Below are positions 27,718 to 44,464 of a DNA stretch of 64,000 nucleotides, piece by piece. Numbering within the stretch: the stretch's first letter is position 1; each line of letters begins with the position of its first letter. Source of the DNA: the human T2T-CHM13v2.0 reference genome, Homo sapiens; NCBI RefSeq assembly GCF_009914755.1, contig NC_060932.1; one strand, given 5' to 3'. A program made the position numbers and the translations under genes. The notes under the pieces were generated by a model. That model was not told where the DNA came from and searched no databases. It saw only the letters and a list, made by a program, of their open reading frames with translations.

Positions 27718-28297
27718 TTTAGTAAGTTTTTGAATGTTTCTGAACATGTAAGAAATAGTCTCAGTTTATTACAACATCTAAGCAATATATTCATTCCCCA
27801 TGGATTTTAAAGAACACAAAACTCACTTCCCTTTTCTATTTGTGTATTATTGTATTATAATCATGCAGTTTTATTTACTGTGACTCTCAAATACGTTTTG
27901 AAAACTAATAATATGACTTTTCCCTCATCATTTAAAATTAAATTTCTATTTTTAGCTTTGTTTGTTGCATACTATTTACACTTCGCAATCAAGCCATTTT
28001 AGATTTTCTACAGCCATACTTACTGTCACATAAATCTTTTCCCTTCATATTTCTATCATTTATTGTTAGACGTGTTTCAAAGACACTTAATTAATTGTAT
28101 AAAAAATGATTGTTTTTAACTTTTGTGTGTGTTTAATGACTCATTCTAAAGACAAGAGGCTACAATTACCTTGAAAAACAGTAAGATAAGTTTTATAAAA
28201 AGATCAAAAATTAATTATATTAATATAGTATCCAACAGTTAGTAGGTGGTTTAGAAAACATCTAGATATTTCCTCTACTTAATAAATAAGTCTGTTG

Positions 28298-28810
28298 GGG
28301 GGGAATATTTGCAAACCACACAAATTAGTTAATATCTGGTAATTAGTTCTTATCCAAAATATACAGGGAACTCAATTCAATACCAAGAAAACAATCTGAT
28401 TTAAAAATGAGCAAAGGACATGAATATACATTTATCCAAAGAAGACAGACAAAAGGCCAAAAGGTATCTAAAAAAATTCACAACATAAGTAATTATCAGG
28501 AAAATCCTAATTAAAACCACAATGAGATATCACTTAATACCTGTTAGAATGTCTATTGTCCAAAAGACAAAAGATTACAAGTTAGAAGAGGATGTAGAGA
28601 AAAGAGAATCCATATACAAAACTGTTAGTCATAATGTAAATTAGTACAATCATTATGAAAAATATAGTATAATGGTTCCCAAAAAAAATTAAAAGTAGAA
28701 CTACCATATGACCCAGAAACCCCAGCACTGGGTAGTTACACAAAGGAAATGAAATCAGTATGTCAAAGCAATATCTGCTTTCCCATGTTCTTGCATCATT
28801 ATTCACATAT
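28298..28810 (+). mobile_element. L1MA-type ORF2/3'UTR fragment
   Basis: aatatttgcaaacca...aaaaccacaatgagatatcac...gtagaactaccatatgacccag...aaggaaatgaaatcagtatgtcaaag. Confidence 0.8.
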
Positions 28811-31203
28811 TTTCCATACTTGATAAATAAATATGTTCTATGTCTGTGATAGCTTATGACTTCTCTTAGAAAATGCATTCCATTTTACAGGAGTCAGTAA
28901 TACATTTCCCAAAACTGCTAGACGTTTATTTTTTTCTTTTGTTTGAACTCACATCTTGATTTCAATATTTTATATTTCTGGGATATAGCCCAGATCCCAA
29001 GAACTTAGATACGAAATTTTGCTTTACTCCTAACTTAGTGATTTCCTTTCATGTTTTTAATTCATAAGTTATTTACTTTTCCTATCATGAGGCATCACGT
29101 TTAAAAAAATGTATTTCTATAACATAATAATAATTTGTGCTTTTTGTAGGAGTATAAAAATTATGAGTAATGGCTTGATAAGAAATATGAAAATATTTTG
29201 GATTTTATGAAAAATACAAGCTATGTGAAAATAACAATACCTGTGAAAGCCTAATTTTGTTTTTATTTAAAATATTTTTATTGCAATGATATACCAAAAA
29301 GAGAGTGTTCATTTGCAAACATTGTTAAAATTGGTTATAGAGCCTTGATTAATTGAACTGGTTAGCCGCTTTATTTTCTTTGGATATTTCTAGTGTTTAG
29401 CTATGAAGTTATAGTCATATTTATATTTGCATATAGTCATATTTATTTTGCTACATAATTGCCTAAGGTTTGGGTGTTAATTGCACTGTTGAAACTAAAC
29501 ATTCTTCTTTCTGCAGCATACCAACTTTCTCTTGTTTGGAGTTTCAGTCCCTAGTGTTTTTAGAAACAATGCTGCTTCTCCTCATGGTCATTTGGAAGAC
29601 AAATTTAGAGATGACATAATTTGTTTTTGATTGCAGTAAACTAAATTAGTCTGTTTCTGACAGAGCCTCTCAGGAGACTGCAGCTATGAAGTCAGAATTC
29701 TTAGTCCAGATTAATCTCTTTCAGCAGTAAACGTAAAACATGATAATATTTCAAAGTTATATTTGGCACATGACACTCCAGTGGTTGATTATAATTGGAT
29801 CTGCATTGCTGATATATTGCAAAGACTGATTACACACATGAATAGTGTTATTTTATTGTTATTTTGAAAATTTGGTGAAACAAAAGAATCCTAGTATATA
29901 ATAACTAAAAAACATATAAATAACTAGAATTTTGAGACTCATATTAGCTGAATTGCCAAATACCAGAATATGTGGCAGAAGTGAAAGTAATATTTGTTGC
30001 TTTTTCTTCCAAATTTTTTTTTCACACTATTATGCCTTGCTGGAAAACAATGGTATCTTGTTTTGATGATTAGTCAAAAATATTCAATACCATGGCCTAA
30101 GATAGGAAGCACTAAAGTAACTTTTTCTGGAAAAGTAGAATGTGAACTCATCCCTGGAGAACTAAAAAATTTGGACACATGAGGCAAATAAGTGGTGGGG
30201 ACCATTACATAAATAAATAGCTAAATTTGAGGAAGCTCTTTAGAAATATATAGAATTGTGTTTCAGATTAATGTGTCCCTTTGTAGTGGAAACTTTGAGT
30301 GACAGTTTAGAGAATATGCTACCTTAGAAATTCTACTATTGGCTTATAGTCTGTTCTTTGGCTTGTAGGCTTCCATGCCTAGTTTTTCAGTATCTTCTAT
30401 TTTATTTTTCAGATGTAAAACACTGAAACACAAAATATGGAAAGAAAGAGACTGAAAAATACCCAAATTGAATAATAAAAGTTCAAGAGGCTTTTGTGTG
30501 TAAATTTGGCTTGGTGAACGTAGAAGAAAAACAAATGTTTCCTGTTACCAAACCAAAGTATTAATAACTAGAAGGCTTGTGCTATCTCAATGGAGTGATA
30601 TTGGTCAATGATTTCAAAATTTCACATTTCATAAGCTAAATTTTTGGAGTTTGTATCTCAATATACGTGTATTTAATTACGTTTGTAAATTACATGATAT
30701 GCAGTAAACAAATTTATTATTTGCATTTAAAACAAAAATATAGTAATTGAAGAGCATGAGATTAAAAAAAAAAACATAAAATTCCCCAAATTTCTGTTTG
30801 TTATACCAATGAATACACTCTAGGATGTATACATCACAACTTAAGAACTGCTTCTCTGGAGCATATCTCATAAACTTTACAAATTCTCATGCACAAGGGG
30901 CGCTCTGCTCCAGATGTTCCTTGGATGGGCAAAGGGAACAATTTCTTGTAAAATTCATATGGAGGATATTTTCTAAATAAGTACAGTTACCCTTTTTTGT
31001 GTCATTGAAATGACAAAGCACATTAAGTAATGCAACTTATAACCAGATTGCGTTATTTTGTTAAAATGTGCAGAGGGTACATTTTAAAATATAGCTTCAA
31101 CTAGAAACTATATATAGATGAGTATAGGGGTTAAAAGAAAGTCTGTCACCAGAGTACATTTTCATAACCACATGGTTATACTCAATAGAATTGGAAAGAC
31201 TTA

Positions 31204-31490
31204 GCCGGGGGCGGTGGATCACGCCTGTAATCCCAGCACTTTGGGAGGCTAAGGTGGGCGGATCACGAGGTCAGGAGATCGAGACCATCCTGGATAACAC
31301 GTCTCTATTAAAAATACAAAAAAATTAGACGGGCATGGTGGCGGGCGCCTGTAGTCCCAGCTACTCTGGAGGCTGAGGCAGGAGAATGGCGTGAACCCGG
31401 GAGGCGGAGCTTGCAGCTTGCAGTGAGATGAGATCGCGCCACTGAACTCCAGCCTGGGTGACTCCGTCTCAAAAAAAAAAAAACACAAAA
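31204..31490 (+). mobile_element. AluY with 17-bp TSD and three internal indels
   Basis: gatcacgaggtcaggagatcgagaccatcc and gaatggcgtgaacccggg. TSD agaattggaaag(a/g)ctta at 31187-31203 and 31491-31507. Confidence 0.95.
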
Positions 31491-31609
31491 AGAATTGGAA
31501 AGGCTTATTATTTGTATATCTGTGATTGAGAATGATAAATACTATCCATAATTTCTGAAATGTTATTTATACTCAATTTCTAAAGAGGAAAGGATCACAG
31601 TGATATTAA

Positions 31610-31964
<355 letters not shown>

Positions 31965-32131
31965 TGATTTTTCTGTTCTTTTAAATTATTAGTTACATGG
32001 TTATCAACACAGTATGCTAAATATTTCAATCAGGAAGTAAATTCAAACAGTTATAATGAGTTTAAGTGTTAAAATTGCCCTGCAGTCTTATCAGTGACGT
32101 GATAATCAATTCTAGTTCATGAACCCTTGAT

Positions 32132-32204
32132 TTGCACTATCCTATACAAATGCTATTAGCCACTAGAACATTTCCATCATCATAGCTCTATCGAACAATA
32201 CTGC
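32132..32204 (+). mobile_element. Internally deleted MER3-like hAT-Charlie element
   Basis: Left end tgcactatcc...tagccact joined directly to the right end agaacatttccatcatc...tatcgaacaatactg. Confidence 0.5.
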
Positions 32205-32284
32205 TTTAGTACTTTTTAGAACTTTTTATTCCTTTTACTCAGTTTGTATTTCAATATTTGCTTTTCCCCCTATGCATTCTAAAT

Positions 32285-32520
32285 TAGTTAATTTTTTTTA
32301 ATTTTAATAATGTATTTTATTTAACCCAATATATCAAAAGCATTATTTCACATATAATTACTATAAAATTATTGAGGTGGTTACATTAATTTTTTCATAC
32401 CTTTTCATACTAACTCACATACATTTTAAACTTACAGTACCTCTGAATTTGGACTGGCCATATTCCAAGGTTAAATAGCCAAATGCTGCCAAACACTACA
32501 TATTGGACAGTACAGCTCTA
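32285..32520. mobile_element. MER33-like hAT-Charlie DNA transposon
   Basis: attttatttaacccaatatatcaaaa...tttggactggccata...aatagcca...tattggacagtacag. Confidence 0.7.
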
Positions 32521-32939
32521 ACTATAGCATCTCTTAACTTTTCCCTTGGCATTTCAGTGATTTTACCTAAATTTTATTCTGAGAAGCTGAGAAATAAGAT
32601 CCCATGGTCTCTGTCTATAAAGGAAACAGCTCAATAGAGTTGTGAAGATGTCCAATATATACAAAATCTTACATATCTCAGAACATTCAAAAAGAGTCAG
32701 ACCTATCAAAATGGTATCAAGAAAGCAAAAGGCTACAATGGGCAGATATTTTAAAATAAAATGCTAAGACTTTAAAAGTTTCATCATCATTGTTAACTTT
32801 ATATTTTCTCTGCACTAACACTTTATCTGATGAGTTTTGAATCTCACATTTTAATTTTTCTGTGATTAAATTATAGGTTGGACATAATATATGCTATGAC
32901 AGATAATGAGATATACAAGCAGCAGACTTACAAAATAAA

Positions 32940-33150
32940 AAGAACTAACTCCTACTAAGTTTATGACACACTATGCACTGTGCTAGGCACTTTCATATAT
33001 TGTTTTATGTAACACTTGGCAACAACACCATGAATACTATTATTGACATTTAAAAGTGAGGAACAAAGAATTTAAGTAATTTCACCAAGTCTCATAGCTA
33101 ATAGGTAAATGGTAGAGCCAGGATTTAGACCCAGAGGCAAAGTCTTCAAG
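32940..33150 (-). mobile_element. MIR (L1PA inserted near its end)
   Basis: actgtgctaggcactttcatata...aacaacaccatga...taagtaatttcaccaagtctcatagcta...ggtagagccaggattt. Confidence 0.75.
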
Positions 33151-34472
<1,322 letters not shown>

Positions 34473-35064
34473 CTAAATGCTTTCAAGAGACCACAACTTT
34501 GCTAGATGCTATGTATTGTCAAGTTTCTGTCAGAAAATTTTAAGACATGGTTCTTTTGTTCTGGCAATTTATATGTTATGAATAATCTCACTAACAGTCA
34601 TTTTGTTAAATGTGTATTGATTTGATAAATATTATGTGTGATCCATAAAATGTATGCATATATTTCTAATTTATTTTGAATTAACTAGATAGACACATAA
34701 ATTCACATATAGAGTGATGTTTTCTTTAGATGATAGTTTATATATAAAGGAGAGATGTGACTATAAGACTTCAGGTTACACTTGGTAGACAAGGGCATTA
34801 AGTTCTGACTAAAACCTGACCATGATGAGCTTCTTCATTGGAACTGATTAATGATAAGTCAAAGGATGCTGAGTAGCAAAGCAATTCAAGTACAGCATTA
34901 GAAGCAGAGAGAAAACAGAAAAAAGTGGAAAATGGTTTGTTGGTTTACTTTTTCAATCTATTTATACAGTGGGGTTAAATTGTATCTGCTAAATAGTTTT
35001 GGTTCAAAAATAGTATAACCCATGGGAGTACGTTTTAAAAGATCAGGATCTTGTGCTGTACTTA

Positions 35065-36430
35065 TTGGCTGTCCACATGCAAAAAATTAATCGGATCTTA
35101 TGCCTTTTGCCAAAACAGGCTCAAAATAGATCACACACCTAAATGTAAAACACAAAACTATAGGACTCTTAGAAGATAGCATAGCAGAAAAACTTAGATG
35201 ACCTTAGATATGGTAATGACTTCTTAGATACTACATCAAAAGCATGATTCATGAAAAAATAATTCATAAGCTGGATTTCATTAAAATTAAACATGTCTGC
35301 TCTGCAAAAGACAATGTCAAGAGAACAAGAAGACATTATAGACTGGGAAAAAGTAGTTGCAAAAGAAATATATAATAAAGGACCGTTATCTAAAAGATAC
35401 CAAGAGTTTTCAAAACTCAACAATAAGAAAACAAAAACACTTGATTAAAAAACGGGCCTTGACAGACATATTATCGAAAATACATAAAGGTAGCAAATAA
35501 ACATATGAAATAATTCCCACCTTATGTCATAATAAAGGGAAATAAAAGTTAAAACAACCATGAGATATTGCTTCATTCCTATTAGAACAACCAAAATCTA
35601 GAACACAGACACCACAACATTCTAGCAAGGATGTGGAACAAAAGCATCACTTATTGCTGGTCGCAATGTAAAATGGCTCAGTCACTTTTGAAGAGATTGG
35701 TAGTTTTTTATAAAAATAAACATACTCTTAGCATTCAGTCCACCAAGTGTGCTCTATGGTGTCTACTCAAAGGAGTTGCAAACTTATGTTCACACAAAAC
35801 CTGCACATGGATATTTATAGTAGTTTTATTCATAATTGCCCTAACATGAAGGCAACAAAGATACACTTAGGAGATGAATGGATACATAAAATATGGTACT
35901 TCTAGAATATGAACTATTACTATTCAGTGCTAAAAAGAAATGAGTTCTCAAGCCATTGAAGGACTTTAAATGCATGTTACTAAATGAAAGAAGCCAATCT
36001 GAAAAGAGTACATACCTTATACCAGCTATATGACATTCTGGAATAGATAAAGCTATGGAAAGAGCAAAAAGATAAATGATTACTAGGAGTTGGCAGTGGG
36101 CAGGTAGGAGGGGAGATGATGAATAGTTGGTACACAGAGTATTTTAAGGTCAATGGAAGTGCTTTGTGTGATACTATAGTGGTGGATACATGTCAGGGTA
36201 AATTGTCCAAACTCACAGAATGTACATCAACAGCAAACCCAAATGTAAATGATAAACTTTTGGTGATTTTGTGTCAATGTTGATTCATCAACTGTAATGA
36301 ATATACCACTCTAGTTGGGGGATGTTGATAATGGGGGAAGGAATGCACGTGTTGGGTAGAGGGTATATGGGAAATCTCGGTACCTTCTCAAGTTCGCTTT
36401 GAAACTAAACCTGTTCTAAAAAACCCATTA
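35065..36430 (+). mobile_element. L1MC1/2-like 3' 1.35 kb
   Basis: ORF2 remnants, then 3'UTR ending tatatgggaaatctcggtaccttc...gaaactaaacctgttctaaaaa. Confidence 0.85.
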
Positions 36431-36754
36431 ATTCTTAAATAACATGTATGTTATTATCAAAGGAAAGGCTTTTGTTTAAGCATGAGTTAGATATGTGTAC
36501 CGAAAGGCAAGAAACCAGAAGAGAGAAATATGATTGTCAGAACAATCAAAGTAAAGCTAAGGGTCAGTAAATGTGGAGGCAAATGTATTATCTATGTAAT
36601 AACGTAAAATATTTGGAAAATGAAGTTAGAATATCTGGATTGGAAGTCACCTCCCTCATCTATTCCTCACTTCTCACTCTTTATTTGCTCTTTCTACTTA
36701 TCTCAGCCAAAAACTTGAAAATACCTTATAGGGAATGTCAGAAACTGGTTTCAT

Positions 36755-37185
36755 TATAATGTTCCAGCCTCATTTTAAAACACTTCCACACTTTCTGTGC
36801 TATGACCATTCTGTGCTTTTTTTTCTCTTTCAAATGCCTAGGATCTCTCTCATTTCTAAGACTTTACAAATACTATAATTTCTATTGAAATACTTTCCAT
36901 CATCCTCTTTATCTTCTTAAACCGCTATCTTTACAACATTAGTTTCCATGGAAAGCTTTTTTGACTTTTTACACTGTAGTAAGTACTCCTGTATTTGCTC
37001 CCATTAGTATCTAGCATTAATGCTACTTTAGTAGTTATTACAGTCTACTGGAATTTTCTACTCTGTATGGTGCCTATGATCTTCAAGAATCCTGAGGAAA
37101 GATTTCACAAATCACATTTATTACCTCTTATTTTTATAGCATTAGGTATACTAATTAATATTTTTAAAACTATTTGTTGAAAAAC
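36755..37185 (+). mobile_element. L2 3' fragment
   Basis: Degenerate L2 ending aaactatttgttgaa. Confidence 0.45.
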
Positions 37186-39189
37186 AAAATGCTTAGAGAA
37201 TTTAAATAATACACAAAGTCACAGAGCTACTGACACTTAGGATACGGACAAAACAGCTTTACCTTCCTTCAGAGTTTTCTATCTCCAATGCAGAATCTGA
37301 TTTGACCTTATATTATTACAGCTTTGTGTTGAAAGCGTATTTTCTCAAGTTCATGCTCCCTTTTACTATACCTGTGAGTGATACAAAATGAGAGTGTTTT
37401 AGGAGGGACAATATGTGGCATGTCTATTTATGCTAGAAGCCACTGTAAAATCTTATAGAGTGATTTAGGGATGATTTTTTAAAATAATATTTTGTTGGTA
37501 GATTTCAAAGCAAGCTTTTTTTTACAACTTTGCACATTCCATGGTCCATTGATATTAGTTGACATTTCAAGCAATGGTCTTAAATCTAGCTCCTCTACAT
37601 TCAGTCTTTATTTCATTAATAATAGAAATGAGGAATACACTTTTTTTCTTGCCTAGTTCACTTAAAATTCAAAGACACAATTTTAGCCAAACACAATAGT
37701 AAAGATGTAGATGTGTGTATCAACAATAAAATATAACTTTATTTGGCCTTAAAAACAAGAAACAAAGTTTATTTTTTAAAGGTCTTTAAGTGGAAAGAAC
37801 TGTTTATACATTCCTCTTTCCGCATTAAAGATACTTTTTACATGTATATCCTGAGGTATTTTTCATCAGAAAAAATATTTTAAAAATCTGAACTTTGTAA
37901 AAACTGTATTAGTGAATAACTCAATTTAGAGTTTTGTACGCACAAAAAATACGTGTCTACATACCGACAGGACTGGATGCCTATTGTCTTTATTCTCAAG
38001 CATCATTTCACTTATTCTGTAAATAAAACTTCTATGTCTTGTAAGGAACTCATCCATAAAGTTCAAATAAGGTAGAGATTGACTCTTAGCCACAGACTGT
38101 GTGCAGCTGTTCATGGGGCAACTGTGTTTACCTCAATATTGAGCATCTGACATGTGAGGGTTCAGTCAACGTCCAAATGTGTGATTTGATACATAGGAGA
38201 GAAGGCGTCAATGGTCTGAGGGTTGCCACAGACATCTTGTTCATTTTGTGTCTATAAAAATAAAATTAAGCAGAAGCAGTCATGAGATACTGTGGTAGGG
38301 ATTTGAAATTTTTAGTCACCTAACATTTGAAAACGGCTTCTTTACAAGTGAATCTCAGTGTGGAAGAGAAATAAAGTAGATGTTTTCTCTTCACTATTCC
38401 CAAAAGCAAGACCATAAGATGTGAAGTATACATGACCAAATAATAGCCCAATTTGGGAAGCTTAATACTGAAAGAATAATGTAAAAATAGAGGAATAGAG
38501 GTTACTTAGAACAGTGAATTCAGAGTCCAGGCACATAGCAGTGAATATTCTGTGTTGTTCTAATTCTGTCACTACATTTTTCTTAGTCTAGGACCTACCC
38601 GGTGCATTGCAGCATATTTAAAATCTCTGGTTCCACATATTAAATGTTAATAGCAAATCCTCAAACCACAAATGGACCAATAAATTTCAAAAGGTCGCAA
38701 AGGCAGTCCCTAGTGAGAAATATTGTTTGGCCTTGCTGAGAAAATTTTTTGTTCCCTGCCTACTTTTTGAGTCTGGTTCTTGAAAATTCTTGCAAATTTT
38801 GTGAGCTACAAAATATTCTTTCCAACCATTTATTTACTGCTTGAATTAGCAAAACTTGATTTCTAATGTTGAAGACTCAAAACTTTAAATAATACAGACA
38901 CAAATTCCTAACAGCATATTTGAATTCCAATGATGACAGTCATTTTTTTTCTTTATTTCTACACTTAGGTAGCATGAATCAATGGATTTTCCTTTTGGCC
39001 TATTACAGATCGAGTTGGGTTTCCGTCATGTCACCAAATGAAATATTCTTGATTAAAAATTTATGTCTAAAATGTCAATTTTGACCTGGAGAAAAAATGA
39101 ATATAAACTTGAAATATTCTCGTTATATCGAGAGCTTTACCTGTGCTACTTCTACCACCTAAAAACTAAGCATCAACTTTTGCTTTAGA

Positions 39190-39500
39190 GGTGTACTCAC
39201 TGTCTGCTCTTAGAATCTCTTTTCGCATAAACATGCATATCTTTCTTTCATGTTTCATACAGGTCTCTGTCCAAATATTAGTTTATAAAAGACTATTCTG
39301 ATGTTTATTTTTTTCACATTTTACTTTTACATATTATTGATTTATCTGGTTATATGCTTGTTGTCTGCTTCCTAGAGGTAGAAAGTCAGATCCATGAAAG
39401 AAAAAAATTGATTTTGTTTAAAGTTCCTTTTCTGGCACCTATAACACAATACTCCAAACATATAACAAATGCTAATATATATTGACATATGATTTAATAA
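39190..39500 (+). mobile_element. L2 fragment
   Basis: gttgtctgcttcc...agaaagtcagatccatgaaag...acctataacacaatact. Confidence 0.45.
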
Positions 39501-40149
39501 ATTAGGTGTACATGTTTATTTTTTATTTATACACATATACAATTGTCATTTTGGAGGAATTTGTATAACTCCAAGTAGGTAATATAGATAATTATGCTCC
39601 TCAATTGAAGACATATTATGATCATTCTAGATTTTAGATTCATTTCCATTTAGATTTCAGATTCATTTCCATTAATAGGATAAACTTTATCCTATTTTTT
39701 GATTGGACATTTTTATTATTGTTTAATGTAATTAAATTATACTAAAAATTCCTCCTTCTTTGTTATCTCCTTCTCTCTCAGGTGAATACTCATTTAATGT
39801 ATTATTGAGATATATCTTCTGGTAATACATGTAACACTGTTTTTGTATGAATAGATTATTTTAATTAGCTCCAATTATATTGTTTTAGATTTTTCTTATT
39901 ACATTTCTATATCTATGATTTTTAAATTTAATCACATTGCTGAATATATATTCATTTTGCTTTTGACTATTTAGTATTCTATATTATGCATCCAACATAT
40001 ATTTTATTTGTTATCCTATTAATGGAATTCCAGTGTATTTTTAGTTAACTGCTCCCACTAGCTAAATTACAATGAATACCTAAACACATATATGCTGTTA
40101 AAATTAATGGTCTTGCTGTATCATAGGTAACATGCATATTAAGGTTTAA

Positions 40150-40498
<349 letters not shown>

Positions 40499-40958
40499 TA
40501 ACGAATGTACTGTTGATGTTTCTCTTCCAAAAGATATGATGTTGTGAAATACATGTCTGAAAATTAAAGTGTTTGCTTCATGCTATTCTGAATTTTAAGT
40601 ACTCTTCTAAAACACAAAAACAATTATTGCAAAATAAGAAAGAAGGTATTCATTGCAATCTAAAATTTTCTAGGTGAATTTAAAATTTAACCTTATTTCA
40701 TATGTAAAAAGTAAAAACAAAACATATTTCTGCTTGCTGGTCACTCTAAGATAAATAACATTTGAACTTGAATAAGATGTTTCAATATAACATTTAATTA
40801 TGAATAATGAATTATTTGCTCTTGAAATTTTAGCTTTGCCCAAATAAAGTTATATGACTAGTTTTGCAAAGACCTGTCAATTTTATTTTCCATCAAATGC
40901 AATGTAAGGCAAAAAACTGCATCTTATATTGACTCTGGCATCATTTCAAATTTCTAAC

Positions 40959-41242
40959 TTTTTTTTTTTTTCTCGAGATGAAGTCTTGCTCTGTTACCCA
41001 AACTGGAGCTTGGCTCACTGCAACCTTCACTTCCTGGGCTCAAGAGATTGTGCTGCCTCAGCATTCCAAGTAGCTGAGATTACAAGCGTGTGCCATCACA
41101 CTTGGTTAATTTTTGTATTTTTAGTAAAGACGAGGTTTTACCATGTTGGCCAGGCTGCTCTCGAACTCCTAACCTCAAGTGATCTGCCCACCTTGGCCTC
41201 CCAAAGTGCTGGGATTACAGGTGTGAGCCACCATGCCTGGCC
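40959..41242 (-). mobile_element. AluSx/Sz-like element with TSD
   Basis: Antisense dimer; TSD tcaaatttctaa on both sides (40946-40957, 41243-41254). Confidence 0.93.
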
Positions 41243-42850
41243 TCAAATTTCTAATCTTTTTAAAGCGATGTTAACAATTTTATCTGAAAGAAATGGCACC
41301 ATATATGCATTAAATTCAACTGGTTATCTTGATAAAATTAAAAACGCAACAATATAAGAGTGAATTTTGGAGGCAAATATCTCTCTTGAAAACATAAAAT
41401 TTGAAAATATTATATCTCATGAATTCTAAGAGGTTTTTGTTTAAAGATAATAATACACATGTGTGACTATCAGTACCATACCTATTTACGAACAAAAAAT
41501 TCAAAATGTTTTATTACTAAATTCTAATACTGCTCATTTATGTGGTAATTATGATTACTTTTGTATATTATTATTCATATATAATCAGTACTTCTCTTAT
41601 GGAAGATAAAATGCAGATGTGTACGTGTGTGAGAGCACATGTTAAAATTGTGTAGAAAGAGATAGCTTATAAATATGGTAAAAACATATACATTAAATAT
41701 AATACCTTATAGTTCTAGTAAATGTGCTACAAAAATACTACAGGGTCATGCATTCTGATATAAAAAATAATACACCGTGGGAGAAAAGAAACAGTATATT
41801 TTACTTCATAAACCTAGGATGTACACCACAGCTAATAAAATTCTTAGTATTTGTTGTGTTAATTTGAAATAAGTTAAAGAAGCGATGTGTATGGTGGTAA
41901 GAATGCTAGATAAAGAAACAGAAGCTTTAATTCAAATCATATGTCACCCACACAATGATGCTAAACTTTTTGAGTTCCTAGATTACATGTTATTCATCTC
42001 TGAAACTGCAGTACATGAGTATCATTGGTACCCAACATTTCACAAATGAATGAATGTTTAAAATAGTTAAATAATGCAGACACCACTTACCAGGTGAATG
42101 ACATGGACCAAGGTAATCACTGAATCATCTTAAATTATAAAATAAGATTAAGCTCTATTTTACAAAGTTCATACAGTACATGATAGCACTGTGTGAGCAT
42201 GGTGGTCTCAGGATTTACTATGCCTCAGAAATGAATTCCTGGTTTCAGAGAGCTCTTAAAGCAGTAATTAAAACTAAATTTGTGTAAAATTGGGTGTAAG
42301 AAAGGAGTTGAGAGTTTATTCAGAAGAACAAATTAATTACCTAAACATAGTATGACAGTGTAAGGTGTTACCCCAAATGGCTCACTTCTAAGAAGGACAA
42401 AAAGCTCTTTATTAATAATTATGCCAGGGTAATAGGCTGAGTCATAAGTGTTCCCAGTAAGCTCAAACACTTCTTCAGTGGTACTACTTGATACATGTTT
42501 GATTATAGTTATCCATAGGTTAGTCAGAAATAAAGCTAATATACACTATATCTTTCACAAGAAAAAATTTCATTTCATATTTTCTCCAAAATATTATGCT
42601 ACTCAGATCTCCTCTAATAGAAAAATAATTGAAGTCAACCATAAATCTAGACTGTGTGCATAATAAACCATATGCATAAATGAATCAAGATGTCAATTAA
42701 GTAGCTCAGAAATATAGACATCATCAAGTATATCCTACATTTAATTTACTGGGGTCAGTACATTTTTAAAAAGCAATTGCCATGATATTTTAGAATGCAA
42801 ATCACTCATGCTGGTTCAATTAGATCCAGAGTTAAAATATTTTAAGTTCA

Positions 42851-43190
<340 letters not shown>

Positions 43191-44321
43191 TTAAGTTCAT
43201 CTTGTGTGCTTTTTTCAGACATGTATATCATTTAGTACACCATTATAAGTTCTTATAATGTTTTATAATTTCTGTAATTATATAATTATAACTTACTTAT
43301 AATTAAGTAAATAAATATACATAATTTGCTGAGATGGTATAATTAAAAGCAATGTTTATTTTTATCTTCTACTATGTAATAACAGCCAATCTGTTTTCCT
43401 CTGAATGTATTTTCTCCATTATTTTGTTCTTCATAGACAAACTGATAGGAAGCTTAAAAAGCAAACAAACAAACAAAAAAACCTTGATACCTATAATACA
43501 TATAGTACTTTTGTGCTCACTGTTTTCCAGTTTCTAATTATCCTTTATAATTTGCTCCTGCTTATTTTTATAGATCTCTCAATTTTTCCTCTTACCAAAT
43601 ATAACTAAGTAATTACAAAGAAAAGTACAGCTTTATAACAGGATAATTTAACAAAATTAGAAACATTGGAAAGTTAAACACTAAACAGTTAAAGAAAGTT
43701 ACTGCATTGGCATGAATATAACTGTTTTCTGTGATGACAAATCAATCAGTAAGAAAAATAATCAACAAGCAAAAATGAACTGTTAGAAATAAAAACAATA
43801 AAACCTTCAAATACTTATTTTAAAACACTTCAGAATCTTTAAGGACATTTTCTACATGAGCTGTTCCAATTTTAATTAGACAGGATGTGTAAAGAAATAA
43901 CCACTGTAGCCAAATTTCTAAAGAATAAAATCTGTCACTAAGTATTAAATTCTCCAAGAAAGAAAGTCTCGCAACACTCGTCTACATGATGACAAACTTC
44001 TGCTCTGAAAGTGTGCCACAAATTACTCCTTCAGTTCTCCTATTAACAATTAAAATTGTTTAAATATATGGAATAACAAGGAAGTTATCTAAGCACAGTT
44101 TATAATTTTGCAAAATCAGGCAAATAAAGGTAAAATAAAAGTACGTTTCATGAGAAGAAATACTATGACTCCACACCTTGGTATTTTCAACGTCTAATAC
44201 TATGCCTGGCACAATAAAGGGAATTCATTTAAAAAGTCTTAATTGCCTTGAGAGCTTGAAGTGGCTGTATTTTATTTCTTTTTATTATATATTATTATTT
44301 TTACAATTAATAACAATGCAA

Positions 44322-44454
44322 TTTTTTAAATTTTATTATTATTATACTTTAAGTTTTAGGGTACATGTGCACAACGTGCAGGTTTGTTACATATGTATAC
44401 ATGTGCCATGTTGGTGTGCTGCACCCATTAACTCATCATTTAGCATTAGGTATA
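44322..44454 (-). mobile_element. Very short L1PA (PA3-like) 3' terminus
   Basis: ttattatactttaagttttagggtacatgtgcacaacgtgcagg...tttagcattaggtata. Confidence 0.92.
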
Positions 44455-44464
44455 ATAAAACATC

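Noticed and set aside
30888-30906. CTCF-like gcacaaggggcgctc
   Set aside because: Register is one base short, so the left half of the core does not align.
38990-39016. U2 snRNA-like ccttttggc...agatcgagt
   Set aside because: Too short and gapped; no TSD.
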